A DNA stretch of 64,000 bases from an uncultured Actinomycetes bacterium (GCA_963849595.1 CAWKIB010000060.1:16860-80859), one strand, 5' to 3'. Shown: positions 10,287 through 21,476, counted from the stretch's first letter. Notes: generated by a model from the letters alone, not told the origin. Numbers and translations are program-made.

Positions 10287-12721
10287 ATGTTCCGGCATGT
10301 CTCTGCGCTGGCGGCCAACTCCGTCAGCGTCAGCGGCTCCAACCTGACCTGGGTTGTCATCGTGGCCGTCATCGGGCTGCTCGCGCTCGGCGTGGCCGGC
10401 GTTCTGGTCCGGGAGGTGCTCGCGGCCGGCCAGGGCACCCAGCGGATGCAGGACATCGCGCGCGCCATCCAGGAAGGCGCGGCCGCCTACCTGCGGCGCC
10501 AGTTCCGGACCCTCAGCGTGTTCGTGGTCATCATCTTCTTCGTCCTGCTCCTGCTGCCCGTCCGACGGCGACGAGCGTGCGCTGGGGGCGAAGCATCTTC
10601 TTCCTGGTCGGTGCCGTGTTCTCGGCGCTGACCGGGTTCACCGGGCATGTCGCTGTGCGTCCGCGGCAACGTCCGGGTGGCGGCCGCCGCGCGCGAGGGC
10701 GGCGAGCGGCCCGCGATGCGGATCGCGTTCCGGACCGGCGGCGTGGCCGGCATGTTCACCGTGGGCCTGGGCCTGTTCGGCGCGGCGGTCGTGGTGCTGA
10801 TCTACAAGGCGAACGCGCCGGACGTGCTGGAGGGCTTCGGCTTCGGCGCGGCGCTGCTGGCGCATGTTCATGCGGGTCGGCGGCGGCATCTACACCAAGG
10901 CCGCCGACGTGGGCGCGGACCTGGTGGGCAAGGTCGAGCAGGGCATCCCCGAGGACGACCCGCGGAACGCGGCCACGATCGCGGACAACGTGGGCGACAA
11001 CGTGGGTGACTGCGCGGGCATGGCCGCGGACCTGTTCGAGTCCTACGCGGTCATGCTGGTGGCCTCGCTGATCCTGGGCAAGACCGCGTTCGGCGACAAC
11101 GGCCTGGTCTTCCCGCTGATCATCCCGGTGATCGGGGTCATCACCGCGATCATCGGCATCTTCTCGGTCGCAGCCGCGCAGGCGGCGACCGCAGCGGGAT
11201 GACCGCGATCAACCGCGGCTTCTTCATCTCCGCGGTGATCTCGGTCATCGGCGTGGCCATCGCCTGCTTCACCTTCTTGCCGGCGCAATTCAGCCAGCTT
11301 CAAGGGCATCACCGACCCGGCCATCTTTGCCTTCAACGGCAACCCGCGGTGGATCGCGTTCGGCGCGATCCTGATCGGCATCGTGCTGGCCAGCGCCATC
11401 CAGCTGCTGACCGGGTACTTCACCGAGAGTAACCGGCGGCCGGTCCGCGACATCGCGCAGAGCTCGGAGACCGGCGCGGCTACGGTCATCTTGTCCGGCG
11501 GTCGATACGGCATGGAGTCCGCGGTGTACTCCGCGCTGCTGATCGCCGCCGCGGTGTTCTGCTCCTACCTGCTGGCCACGGGCAACGCCACCATCGCGCT
11601 GTTCGCGGTGGCGATGGCCGGCGTCGGCCTGCTGACCACGGTCGGCGTGATCGTGTCGATGGACTCCTTCGGCCCGGTGACCGACAACGCGCAGGGCATC
11701 GCGGAGATGTCCGGCGACGTCGGAGGGCGACGCCGCGCAGGCGCTCACCCACCTGGACGCGATCGGCAACACCACCAAGGCGATCACCAAGGGCATCGCG
11801 ATCGCCACTGCGGTGCTGGCCGCGACCGCGCTGTTCGGCGCGTTCGACACCCTCGGTGGAGTCAGGCGCTGACCGGCAAGGCCGTCGGCGCCTTCAGCCT
11901 GTCGACTTGGCCGAGCCGAACGTTCTGGTCGGCGTGATCGTCGGGCGCGTCCGATCGTGTTCTTGTTCGCCAGCCTGCTGATCATGGCGGTGGGCCGGGC
12001 GGCGCAGCAGCGTGGTGCTGGAGGTGCGGAACCAGTTCCGCACCCACCCGGGGATCATGGACTACACCGAGAAGCCCGACTACAGCCGGGTGGTCGACAT
12101 CGTCACCAGGGACTCGCTGCGCGAGCTGGTCACCCCGGGCCTGCTCGCGGTGCTGACGCCGATCGCGGTCGGCTTCGCGCTCGGCTATTCCAGCCGCTCG
12201 GCTCCTACCTGGCCGGCGCGATCGCGGTCGGCGTGCTGATGGCGATCTTCCTGGCCAACTCCGGCGGTGCCTGGGACAACGCCAAGAAGCTGGTCGAGGA
12301 CGGTGCCCATGGCGGCAAGGGCTCCGAGGCGCACGCCGCGACCGTCGTCGGCGACACCGTGGGCGACCCGTTCAAGGACACCGCGGGCCCGGCGATCAAC
12401 CCGCTGATCAAGGTCATGAACCTGGTCTCGCTGCTGATCGCGACCAGCGTGGTCAAGTACAGCGGCAACACCGGCCTGCGGGTCGGCGTGGCGCTCGGCG
12501 CGGTGATCATCATCGTCGCGGCGATCGTGATCTCCAAGCGCCGCTCCGGCGGGCTGGGCGAGACCACCCCGGCCGCCACCGAAGTCGCCGGCGCCGTCTC
12601 GCCCGCCGTCGACGGCGCCGCCGCCCCCGCCATCACTCCGGTGGAAGGCACCCCCGCCATCCCCGCCACCTCAGCCGAGGACCAAGCGGACCGCGCCACC
12701 GTCACCAAACGCCGCGAGTAG
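10287..12721 (+). pseudogene. hppA: K+-insensitive/H+-translocating membrane pyrophosphatase; about 10 frame breaks as assembled
   Basis: Hallmark motifs are spread over three frames: [66 protein letters not shown] and [22 protein letters not shown]. An AGGAGG RBS precedes the ATG at 10287. Confidence 0.9.
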
Positions 12722-12755
12722 CCATCGCGCCGCCCGCGGGGGCCGACGGCCCCCC

Positions 12756-12960
12756 GGCGGCGCGATACTACGGCGAGGACCACAGCAGGCTAGCGGGGGG
12801 TCCCAGGGGGGTCGTCCCCCCTGGGCCAGCAGAGCCCCCCGGCGGCGCGATACTACGGCGAGGACCACAGCAGGCTAGCGGGGGGTCCCAGGGGGGTCGT
12901 CCCCCCTGGGCCAGCAGAGCCCCCCGGCGGCGCGATACTACGGCGGGGACCGCCGCGGGG
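12756..12960. repeat. 85-bp tandem repeat, 2 full copies plus a diverged third that forms the 3' end of serB; each copy carries a perfect palindrome CCCAGGGGGG-TCGT-CCCCCCTGGG
   Basis: The period of 85 bp is seen directly (GGCGGCGCGATACTACGGCG at 12756, 12841 and 12926). The hairpins are at 12802-12825 and 12887-12910, and they lie between convergent genes. Confidence 0.9.
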
Positions 12961-14186
12961 CGCGAAGCGCACCGGGGGGTTCCGGGGGGTCGTCCCCCCG
13001 GGCCAGCACGTCGTCAGACGAGATGCCGAGCAGGTACAAGATCGCGTCCAGGTACGGGACGCTCAGCGAGGTGTCGGCCGCGTCCCTGACCACGGGCTTG
13101 GCGTTGAACGCGATGCCCAGCCCGGCGGCCGCGATCATGTCCAGGTCGTTGGCGCCGTCGCCGACCGCCACCGTCTGGGACAGCGGGACCCCCGCGTCGG
13201 CGGCGAACCTGCGCAGTGCGTCCGCCTTGGCCGCCCGGTCGATCACCGGGCCGGACAGCCGCCCGGTGAGCTTGCCGGCCGCGATCTCGAGCTCGTTGGC
13301 CGCGACGTAGCCGATCCCGAGCTCGGCCGCCAGCGGCGCGATGACCTGGCCGAAGCCGCCGCTGACGATGCCGAACTTGTAGCCAAGCCCGCCCAGCGTG
13401 CCGATCAGCGTCCGGGCGCCCGCGGTCAGCCGCAGCTCGCCCCGGACCTCGTCCAGCACCCCGGCGTCCAGCCCGGCCAGCAGCCCGACCCGCTCGCGCA
13501 GCGACGCGGCGAAGTCGAGGTCGCCGCGCATGGCCGCCGCGGTCACCTTGGCCACCTCATCCGCGCAGCCGGCCCGGGCGGCCAGCAGGTCGATGACCTC
13601 GTCCCGGATCAGGGTGGAGTCCACGTCCATCACGATCAGCCGCAGCGCCCGCCGGTGCAGCCCGCCGCGCTGGACCGCGACGTCGATGCCCTGGCTGACC
13701 GCGACCCGGGCCAGGTCCTCGCGCAGCAGCGCCGGGTCCCCGCCCGAGATCTCCAGCTCGATGCAGGTCACCGGGCGCCGGGCCAGCCGGCCGATCCGGT
13801 CGATGTTCGCCCCGCTGGCGGCGATCCGCCCGGCGATGGCGGTGATCGCGGCCGGGGTCAGCGGGCTGCCGAGCAGGGTCACGTGCAGCCGCCCGCCCCG
13901 CGCCGGGGCATCTCCGGCCGAACCCGAGCCCGAGCCGGTAGTGATCTCGGCCTCCAGGCCGAGATCGGCGGCCAGCGCGCTGACCGCGGCGTGGATGCCG
14001 GTCAGGTCGGGCGGCCCGTCGCATTCGAGCAGCACGCCGAGGACCAGCTTGCCGCGGATCACCACCTGCTCGATGTCCACGACCGACAGCTGGTACGCGG
14101 GCCAGGCCGCCGAACAGCCTGGAGGTCACGCCCGGCCGGTCCCGGCCGGTCAGGGTGATGAGCAGCGTGGTCCGGGAGGTATTCAT
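12938..14186 (-). pseudogene. serB: phosphoserine phosphatase SerB (ACT domains + HAD domain); one frame break near 14090-14110
   Basis: Contains HAD motifs (VMDVDSTLI, GIVSGGF, GDGANDLDM). The N-terminal ACT start MNTSRTTLLITLTGRDRPGVTSRLF is in ORF 13557..14186. Confidence 0.85.
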
Positions 14187-14282
14187 GGCGGCGCCAGGCT
14201 ACCGGAAAAGCCCGGGATCCCGAGGGCCGGCCGCCGGCCGCTTACTTGACACAGCTAACGATCCCTAGGTAAGGAGACTTGC

Positions 14283-17200
14283 GTGAGATGCGGGCAGTGC
14301 GGCGCGTCTTCGGGGGCGGCGGACCGGTTCTGCGGAACGTGCGGTGGCTCCCTCGGAGCGTGCCCGTCGTGTAGCGAGCAGGTCGTGCCGGGCGACCGTT
14401 TCTGCCGGGCGTGCGGCTTCGAGCTGTCCGGCGGCCCAGCGGCCGGGAAGGCCTCCGCCGCGGACCGCGAGCCGGTGGCCGAACGGCGCGTGTGCTCGGT
14501 GCTGTTCTGCGACCTGGTGGGCTTCACCCCGCTGTCCGAGTCGCGCGATCCCGAGGCCGTCCGCGAGCTGCTGTCCCGCTACTTCGGGGTGGCCAGGACC
14601 ATGATCGGCCGCTACGGCGGAACGGTCGAGAAGTTCATCGGCGACGCGGTGATGGCCGTGTGGGGGACGCCCATCGCGTCCGAGGGCGACGCCGAACGCG
14701 CCGTCCGGGCCGCGCTGGACCTGGTGTCCGCGGTGGCGGCGCTCGGGGCCGAGGCCGGCGTGCCCGGCCTGTCCGCCCGCGCGGGCGTAGTGACCGGCGA
14801 GATGGCGGTCAACCTGGGCGCGGTCGGCGAGGGCATGGTGGCCGGGGACGCGGTGAACACCGCGGCCCGGGTGCAGGCCGCGGCCGAACCGGGGCAGGTG
14901 CTGACCGACGCGCCGACGCAGCGGCTGGCGGGCCGGGCGGTCGGGTTCGCCGACGCCGGCGAGCACACCCTGAAGGGCAAGGCCGAGCCGCAGCGGCTGT
15001 GGCGGGCCACCCGGGTGCGTGTCGGCGGTGGGCGGCGCAGCAGCGGATCGACGGCCTGGAGGCGCCGCTGAGTGGGCCGGGACGCGGAGCTGCGCACGAT
15101 CAGGGAACTGTTCCACGCCGCCGCCGAGCGGCGGGTCCCGCGCCTGGTCCTGGTATCGGGCCCCGCCGGGGTCGGGAAGTCGCGGCTGGGCTGGGAGTTC
15201 TGAGAAGTACACCGACGGCCTGGCCGACGAGGTGTGGTGGCACCGGGGCCAGTGCCTGTCCTACGGGGAGGGCGTCGCGTTCTGGGCCCTGGCCGAGATC
15301 GTCCGGCAGCGGCTCGGCATCGCCGAGGAAGACCCCGCCGAGGTCGCCGCGGCCAAGCTGAGCGCCGGGCTGGACCAGTTCGTGCCCGAGGCGGGCGAGC
15401 GGGCCTACGCGGGCGTCCGGCTGGGCCGCCTGCTGGGAGTGCCCTGCCCGGGCGACGCGGCGGCCCGCTGGCCCGGGAGGAGCTGTTCGCCGGGTGGCGG
15501 CTGTTCTTCGAGCGCCTCGCGGCGGTGGATCCGGTGGTGCTGGTGGTCGAGGACGCCCAGCACGCCGACACCGGGCTGCTCGACTTCCTCGACCATCTCA
15601 TCGACTGGGCCCGCGACCTGCCGATCTACGTGCTGGTCTTCGCCCGTACCGGAGCTGCACCAGGCCCGCCCGGGTTTCGGCGCGGGGCGGAACCGCAGCA
15701 CGCTCACCCTGGACCCCCTCGACCGGGCCTCGATGGACCGGCTGGTGGACGCGCTGGTACCGGGGATGCCGCCGGCGGCGCGAGCCAAGATCACCGACCA
15801 GGCGCAGGGCGTCCCGCTGTTCGCGGTGGAAACGGTCCGGGCGCTGATCGACCGCGACGTCGTCCAGCCGTTCGAGGGGGAGTACCGCCTGGTCGGCGAC
15901 ATCGGCGACCTGGCCGTGCCGGACAGCCTGCACGCGCTGCTGGCCGCCCGCCTCGACGCCCTCGACCCCGGCGTCCGGCGGCTGGTCACCGACGCCGCGG
16001 TGCTGGGGGCCAGCTTCCCCGCCGAGGCGCTGATCGCGGTGTCACAGCAGGACGAGCCCACGGTCCGGGTAGCCCTGGCCGAACTGGTGCACCGCGAGGT
16101 GCTCGCCGTGTCCGCCGACCCGCTGTCCCCCGAACGCGGCAGCTACCAGTTCGCCCAGCAGATGCTCCGCCAGGTCGCCTACGACACGCTGTCCCGCCGC
16201 GACCGCAAGGCCCGCCACCTGGCCGTGGCCGCGCACCTGCGCGCCGCCTTCGCCGGCGACGGCGAGGAGGTGGCCGACGTCATCGCCCGGCACTACCTGG
16301 ACGCGCTGACCGCCGCACCGGAAGACCCTGATGCCGAACGGATCCGGGCTGAAGCCGCCGCCGCCCGGATCCGGGCCGCCGAGCGCGCCGAACGCACCGG
16401 CGCCCTCGCCCAGGCGGCCACCAGCTACGCCAGCGCCGCGGAACTGACCCCGGCTGCCGGACGCGGACGGCCAGCAGGCCGCCGGGCGGCTCTGGGAGCG
16501 CGCCGCGCAAGCCGCGGTCGACGCCGGGGACTTCGGCCCGGCCGTCGGGTACGCGGACCGGGCCCGTGAGAATCTACCTGCAGTGCGGGCAGGCGCGGGC
16601 GGCGGCCCGGGTTCAGGCCATCGCCGGGCAGGCGCTGCGGCTGTGGGGACGCAACGCCGAGGCCCGCGACCAGCTCACCGCCGCGATGGAGGTGCTTCGC
16701 GCCGATCCGGACCGGGACACGGTCCGCGCGCTCGACCAGCTCGCGACCGTCGCGGTGTTCTCCGGCTCGCCCGACGCCGACCAGCTGTCCGCCGAGGCGC
16801 TCGCCCTGGGCCAGGACCTGGACGTCGACGCGGGCCTGCTCGGCGGCCTGCTCGCTGACCCGCGGGATCTTCCTGGGTCTGTCCGGGCGGCGCCCGCAGG
16901 CGATCGCGTACCTCCGGGAGAGCGCGCGCCTGGCCACCCAGGCCGGCGACAACCTCAGCCTGGGGCGCGCGCTGAACAACCTGTCGCACGTGCATGGGGG
17001 CTACCGATCCCGCGGCGGCCGCGGAGGCGGCCCGCACCGCGGCCGGTCACCTGCGCCGGGCCGGGGCCCGGGACTACCTGGCCGTCACGGTCTTCAACCT
17101 GGGCCAGGCCCTGCTCATGCTCGGCGACTGGGACGCCGCCGAGGCCGAACTCGCCCAGGCCGACGCCGACGGCCTGGCCGAGCAACCGTTCATCGTCACC

Positions 17201-17793
17201 CTCCAGGCCTGGCTGGCCGCGCTGCGCGGCGACGCCGACCGGGCCGAGGCCATGCTGACCGCGGCTGCCGGACATGCGGGCCAGCGAGGAACCGCAGGCG
17301 CAGGCGCAAGTCAGCGTCGTGGAGGCGTTCATCGCCGCGGCGCGCCGCCAGCCGGAGATCGCGCTGCGCCACGCCCGGGCCGCGCTGGCCCACGCCGATG
17401 CCCTCGGGGTCACCCACGAGGCGACGCGCTGGGCCTGGCCGCTGGCCGCGCGCACGGCCTGGGAACTGGGTGACACCGCGACCAGCCGAAGAGCTGCTCG
17501 CCATGCTCGACGCCCTCCAGCCCGGACGGCTGCCGCCCATGCTGCGCGCCGAACGCGACCTGGCCCGGGCCCGCCTGGCCGGCGATAACGGGGCCGGGTT
17601 CGCGGCCGCGATCACCGGCCTGCGCGAGCTGAGCACCCCCTACCATCTGGCCCACGGCCTGCTCGACTACGCCGCGGAACTCGACCCGCCGGGGCGAGGC
17701 CGGAGCCGCAACGCAGGCCGCCGTCGACGAGGCCACCGCCGATCGCCGTCCAGCTCCGCTGCCAGCCGCTGCTCGACCGGGCCGCGGAGCTGA
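14283..17793 (+). pseudogene. large signalling protein: double zinc ribbon + class III adenylate/guanylate cyclase + AAA/STAND ATPase + TPR-like repeats; at least 12 frame breaks, 3' end uncertain
   Basis: The N-terminus has CGQCG..CGTCG..CPSC..CRAC. The cyclase core has VLFCDLVGFTPLSE, KFIGDAVMAVWG and GDAVNTAARV. Walker A is SGPAGVGKSRL and Walker B is VLVVEDAQHAD. A long alpha-helical C-terminal region ends near ..LRCQPLLDRAAEL. Confidence 0.75.
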
Positions 17794-17810
17794 AACCAGG
17801 CGAAGCAGAC

Positions 17811-18826
17811 TCACGGCAGCAGCAGGTGCACGTCCCCGAACTCGTGCCACAGGTACCCCGACGTGATGGCCGCCTCGTAGCACGAGCCGAGCAGCTCCGG
17901 CCCGGCGAACGCGGCCAGCATCCGCAGGTGCGAGGACCGCGGCTCGTGCAGCCCGGTGAGCAGCCCGTCCACCGCCCGGACCCCGGTCTCCGGGGTCACC
18001 ACGTGCGACGTCCAGCCCGCCGACGGCGCCACGAACCCGTCTTCACGAGCAGCCGTCTCCAGCGCGCGCACCACCGTGGTGCCCGCCGCGATGACCCGCC
18101 CGCCGTGCGCCCGCACGTGGTTGACCAGCCGGGCCGTCGCGGGCGGGACGTCGTACGGCTCCGGGTACGGATCCTCGTCGGCCTCCAGCGAGGACACCCC
18201 GGCGTGCAGGGTGAGCGGCGCGATCAGCACCCCCCGGGCCGCCAGGTCGGTCACCACCGGCGGCGTGAACGGCCGGCTCGCGCTGGGCATCTCCGCGCTG
18301 CCCGGCTTGCGGGAGAACACCGTCTGGTACGCCGCCAGCGGCCAGTCGCGGCTGACGTAGGAGTACCGGATCGGGATGCCGTAGCGCAGTAGGTACGGCA
18401 CCACCGCGACCGACAGCCGGGCCCGCCAGAGCCGGCCGGTGGCGCTTGGCCTCGCAGGGTCAGCGCCGCCCCGCCAGGCAAGTCGATGACCTGGGCGGGG
18501 AACCCCGCTCCGTTCGGCCGAGAGATCTTGTCTTTGCGGGAATGGCACGCAGTTCCACCAGCCACGCACCATCCGGCAGGGCGGTGGAGAAGTGCACGGC
18601 CAGCCCGCGGCCGGCCCGCACCTGGGCGGGCAGCGTGCCGGTGTCGTTGACCACCACCAGGTCGCCCGGCAGCAGCAGGCCGGGCAGGTCGCGGAAAGCA
18701 CGGTGACTGACCTCCTCCGGTAGCGCGCCGGCTGACCAGCAGCCGGACGCCGTCCCGGGCCAGGCCGCGCGCCTCGGGCGGGTCGTGCGCCTCGAGTTCG
18801 GCGGGCAGGGTGAAGTCACCGATCAT
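17811..18826 (-). pseudogene. QueA-like S-adenosylmethionine:tRNA ribosyltransferase-isomerase family protein; 2-3 frame breaks
   Basis: The N-terminus DFTLPAELEAHDPPEARGLARDGVRLLV...PGDLVVVNDTGTLPAQV and the C-terminus RVIAAGTTVVRALE...GLHEPRSSHLRMLAAF..YLWHEFGDVHLL match the QueA family layout. Confidence 0.65.
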
Positions 18827-18830
18827 GAGA

Positions 18831-19527
18831 TCACCGGCCCGCCGGGAGAAGGTGCGCGGCGCGGTACCGGCCGCTGGGCAGCCGCTCGGCGACCAGCCGG
18901 GTGAACGCGGGCACCACGGCCTGCGGCCAGGGCCGGTCGGAGATGTCCTCGCCCGGGAAGGCCTGCTGGTGCATGTCGGTGCGCAGGTCGCCCGGGTCGG
19001 CCCACCAGACCCGGACCGCGAGCTCCTCGGCGGCCAGCACGTTCGAGGCCTGCTCCAGGGCGGCCTTGGCCGCGCCGTAGCCGCCCCAGCCCGCGTAGGC
19101 CTCCACCGCCGCGTCCGAGGTGATGTTCAGCACCGCGCCGCCGCTGGCCCGCAGCAGCGGCAGCAGCAGCTGGGTCAGCGCGATCGGCGCGATCACGTTC
19201 ACCTCGAACGCGGCCCGCAGCTCGTCCACCGGGTAGTCGGCCAGCGCGGGCAGCGGGCTGGCGCCCAGCGTGCCCGCGTTGTTGACCAGCAGGTCGAGCC
19301 GGCCCGCGGCCTGCGCCGCGCGCAGCAGCGCGGCCCGGTGGGCCGGGTCGGTGATGTCGCCCGGGATGGCGGTGACGGCGCCCTGTGATGTCGTGCGCGG
19401 CGGCGTCGAGGTCACCGGCGTTCCGGGCGTCGAGGATGAGGTCGTAGCCCTCGCGGGCCAGGCCGGCGGCCAGCGCCCGGCCCAGTCCGCGGGAGGCCCC
19501 CGTAACCAGAGCAATCATGGTTTTCAC
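18831..19527 (-). pseudogene. short-chain dehydrogenase/reductase (SDR); one frame break near 19380
   Basis: Contains ALVTGASRGLGRALA (TGxxxGxG), NNAG and YGAAKAAL (YxxxK). Its stop is 4 nt before the start of the QueA-like gene. Confidence 0.75.
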
Positions 19528-19643
19528 GCTAGGCAGCCCGCTCCCGGAAGCACATCGGCCGCGCGCCCCCTCCGCCCTCCGCCAATAGTCCTAAGACCGC
19601 CGCCCGATGCATCCGCCTGCTCACCCCGGCTACCGTCATATAA

Positions 19644-20813
19644 GTGAGCGACGGGCTGGACGAGCTGTACCAGGTGAGCCAGGCGGTGCTGTCGGTCACC
19701 CGGCAGATGTCCGTGCGCGACGTGCTGCAGGTGATCGTGCGGTCGGCGCGGTCCCTGGTCGGCGCGCGGTACGCGGCGCTCGGCGTGCCCGACGACGGCA
19801 ACTCGTTCGCGGAGTTCGTGGTGGACGGGATCAGCCCGGCCGAGCAGCAGGCCATCGGCCCGCTGCCGCGCCAGCACGGCATGCTCGGCGTGCTGCTCAC
19901 CGAGGGCAAGCCCGAACGCCTCGCCGATATCCGCGACGACCCGCGGTTCTGGGGCTGGCCGTCGGCGCACCCGCAGATGTCGCACTTCCTCGGGGTCCCG
20001 GTGCGCGACGGCGACCAGGTGCTCGGCATCATCTTCGCGGCCAACAAGATCTCCGCCGCCGCCGAGAAGCATGGCTTCACCGAACGTGACCAGGAGATCT
20101 TGTCCCTGTTCGCCGCGCACGCGGCCATCGCGCTGACCAACGCCCGGCTGTACGAGCGCAGCCGCGAGCTCAGCGTCATGCAGGAACGATCAAGGCTGGC
20201 CCGCGACCTGCACGACGCGGTCACGCAGAAGCTGTTCAGCATCCGGGCGCACGCGCGGGCCGCCGCGGTGCTGGCCGGCCGGGAACCGTTCGACCCGGAC
20301 CGGGTGAAGGCCGAGATCGAGACGGTCGGAACCCTGGGCGCCGAAGCCCACGCCGAGCTGCGCGCGGTGATCGACGGCCTGGCCCCGCCCGACCTGCAGG
20401 CCGGCGGCCTGGCCGACTCGCTGCGCAGGTACGCGGTCCTGGCCGGGCGCGCGCACGGGATCCCGGTCACGTTCACCGCGGCCGAACTGCCCGCCCTGGA
20501 CACCAGAAAAGAGGCGGCCCTGTACCGGGTCGCCCAGGAGGCCCTGCACAACGCGCTGCAGCACTCGGGCGCGACCGCGGTCTGCGTCCGCCTGGCCCGG
20601 ACCACGCGCCGGGTCATCCTCGAGGTCGGCGACGACGGCCACGGCTTCACCCCCGAGGCGCCGTCCGGCGGCGTCGGCCTGGCCTCCATGCGCGAGCGCG
20701 CCACCGCGGCGGGCGGCACGCTGACCATCAAGTCCGGGGGCACCGGGACGCTGGTCCGCATGACCGTGCTCATCAAACGGACGGGGGGCGAACGATGCCC
20801 ATCGCAGTGCTGA
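19644..20813 (+). CDS. GAF-domain sensor histidine kinase (HisKA_3/NarX type)
   Basis: The 389-aa ORF is intact. It has an N-terminal GAF-like region, an H-box (ERSRLARDLHDAVTQKL) and HATPase motifs (EALHNALQHS, DDGHGF, GVGLASMRERA). Confidence 0.85.
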   Translation: MSDGLDELYQVSQAVLSVTRQMSVRDVLQVIVRSARSLVGARYAALGVPDDGNSFAEFVVDGISPAEQQAIGPLPRQHGMLGVLLTEGKPERLADIRDDPRFWGWPSAHPQMSHFLGVPVRDGDQVLGIIFAANKISAAAEKHGFTERDQEILSLFAAHAAIALTNARLYERSRELSVMQERSRLARDLHDAVTQKLFSIRAHARAAAVLAGREPFDPDRVKAEIETVGTLGAEAHAELRAVIDGLAPPDLQAGGLADSLRRYAVLAGRAHGIPVTFTAAELPALDTRKEAALYRVAQEALHNALQHSGATAVCVRLARTTRRVILEVGDDGHGFTPEAPSGGVGLASMRERATAAGGTLTIKSGGTGTLVRMTVLIKRTGGERCPSQC

Positions 20814-21427
20814 TCGTCGACGACCACCCGGTGGTCCGCCAGGGCCTGCGCGTCCTGCTCGAGGTCCAGGACGGCATCGAGGTGGTCGGCGAGGCCGGGG
20901 ACGGCCCGACCGCGCTCGCCCTGGCCGCCGAACACAAACCCGACGTCATCCTGCTCGACCTGAAGCTCCCCGGCCTGGACGGCCTCGCCGTGCTGGCCGA
21001 GCTGCGCGCACGCCAGGACCACCAGGCCAAGATTCTCGTCCTGACCAGCGTCACCGACCCGGTCGCGGCCGGCCGGGCCATGCGCGAGGGCGCGGCGGGC
21101 GTGCTGTACAAGGACGTGGACCCGGACGCGCTGGTCCGCGCGATCCGTGCCGTGCACGACGGCCACCTGCTGCTCGCCCCCGAGGCGGCCGGGACCCTGC
21201 TCCAGCCCGCCACCGGGCAGAACCGTAGCCTGGACGCCCTCACCGCCCGCGAGCGCGAGGTCCTGGCCGAACTGGCCAAGGGCCGCTCCAACCGCGAGAT
21301 CGCCCGCGCCCTGCACGTCTCGGAGAAGACGGTCAAGGCCCACGTCAGCTCGGTGCTGGCCAAGCTCGGCGTGCAGGACCGCACCCAGGCCGCGCTGTTC
21401 GCGGTCCGCCACGAGCGCCCCACCTAA
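20795..21427 (+). CDS. NarL/LuxR-family response regulator
   Basis: Contains a receiver domain (VLIVDDHP, ILLDLKLPGLDG) and a LuxR HTH (LTAREREVLAELAKGRSNREIARALHVSEKTVKAHV). It overlaps the end of the kinase gene. Confidence 0.9.
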   Translation: MPIAVLIVDDHPVVRQGLRVLLEVQDGIEVVGEAGDGPTALALAAEHKPDVILLDLKLPGLDGLAVLAELRARQDHQAKILVLTSVTDPVAAGRAMREGAAGVLYKDVDPDALVRAIRAVHDGHLLLAPEAAGTLLQPATGQNRSLDALTAREREVLAELAKGRSNREIARALHVSEKTVKAHVSSVLAKLGVQDRTQAALFAVRHERPT

Positions 21428-21476
21428 TCACAGGGCCTGATCACAGGCCCTAATCACCGGGCCTAATCACCGGGCC
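21425..21476. repeat. four tandem 13-bp units TAATCAC(A/C)GGGCC; the first two form the palindrome AGGGCCTG-ATCA-CAGGCCCT
   Basis: Read directly from the sequence. It lies immediately after the response-regulator stop and about 90 bp upstream of the ABC ATPase gene. Confidence 0.9.

Noticed and set aside
10287-12721. Frame switches as programmed ribosomal frameshifting or deliberate recoding.
   Set aside because: There are up to a dozen switches per gene, in both directions, with no shared slippery heptamer or downstream structure. They occur in unrelated genes. Indel errors, or less likely decay, explain them better.
12205-12868. The small ORFs 12205..12783 and 12671..12868, which share the N-terminus MVLAVVSRRRGA, as paralogous genes.
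   Set aside because: The shared N-terminus is produced by the 85-bp tandem repeat, and the rest is antisense to hppA. They are repeat-driven artefacts.
12756-12960. Tandem repeats (also 9803-9892, 21425-21476, 25868-25922) as CRISPR arrays.
   Set aside because: The units are directly adjacent with no unique spacers, the unit sizes are wrong (9-85 bp, contiguous), and no cas genes are present.
19529-21412. Very long ORFs antisense to, or out of frame with, recognised genes. Examples: 19529..21412 (627 aa), 21463..23220 (585 aa), 3497..4840, 8167..9543, 27086..29248 upstream part, 27979..29781, 35773..37026, 56132..57913, 31147..32490.
   Set aside because: Their translations are dominated by Arg/Ala/Gly/Pro, with no recognisable motifs. 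Each overlaps a gene with clear family signatures on the other strand or in another frame. Long stop-free frames are expected by chance at about 70% GC.
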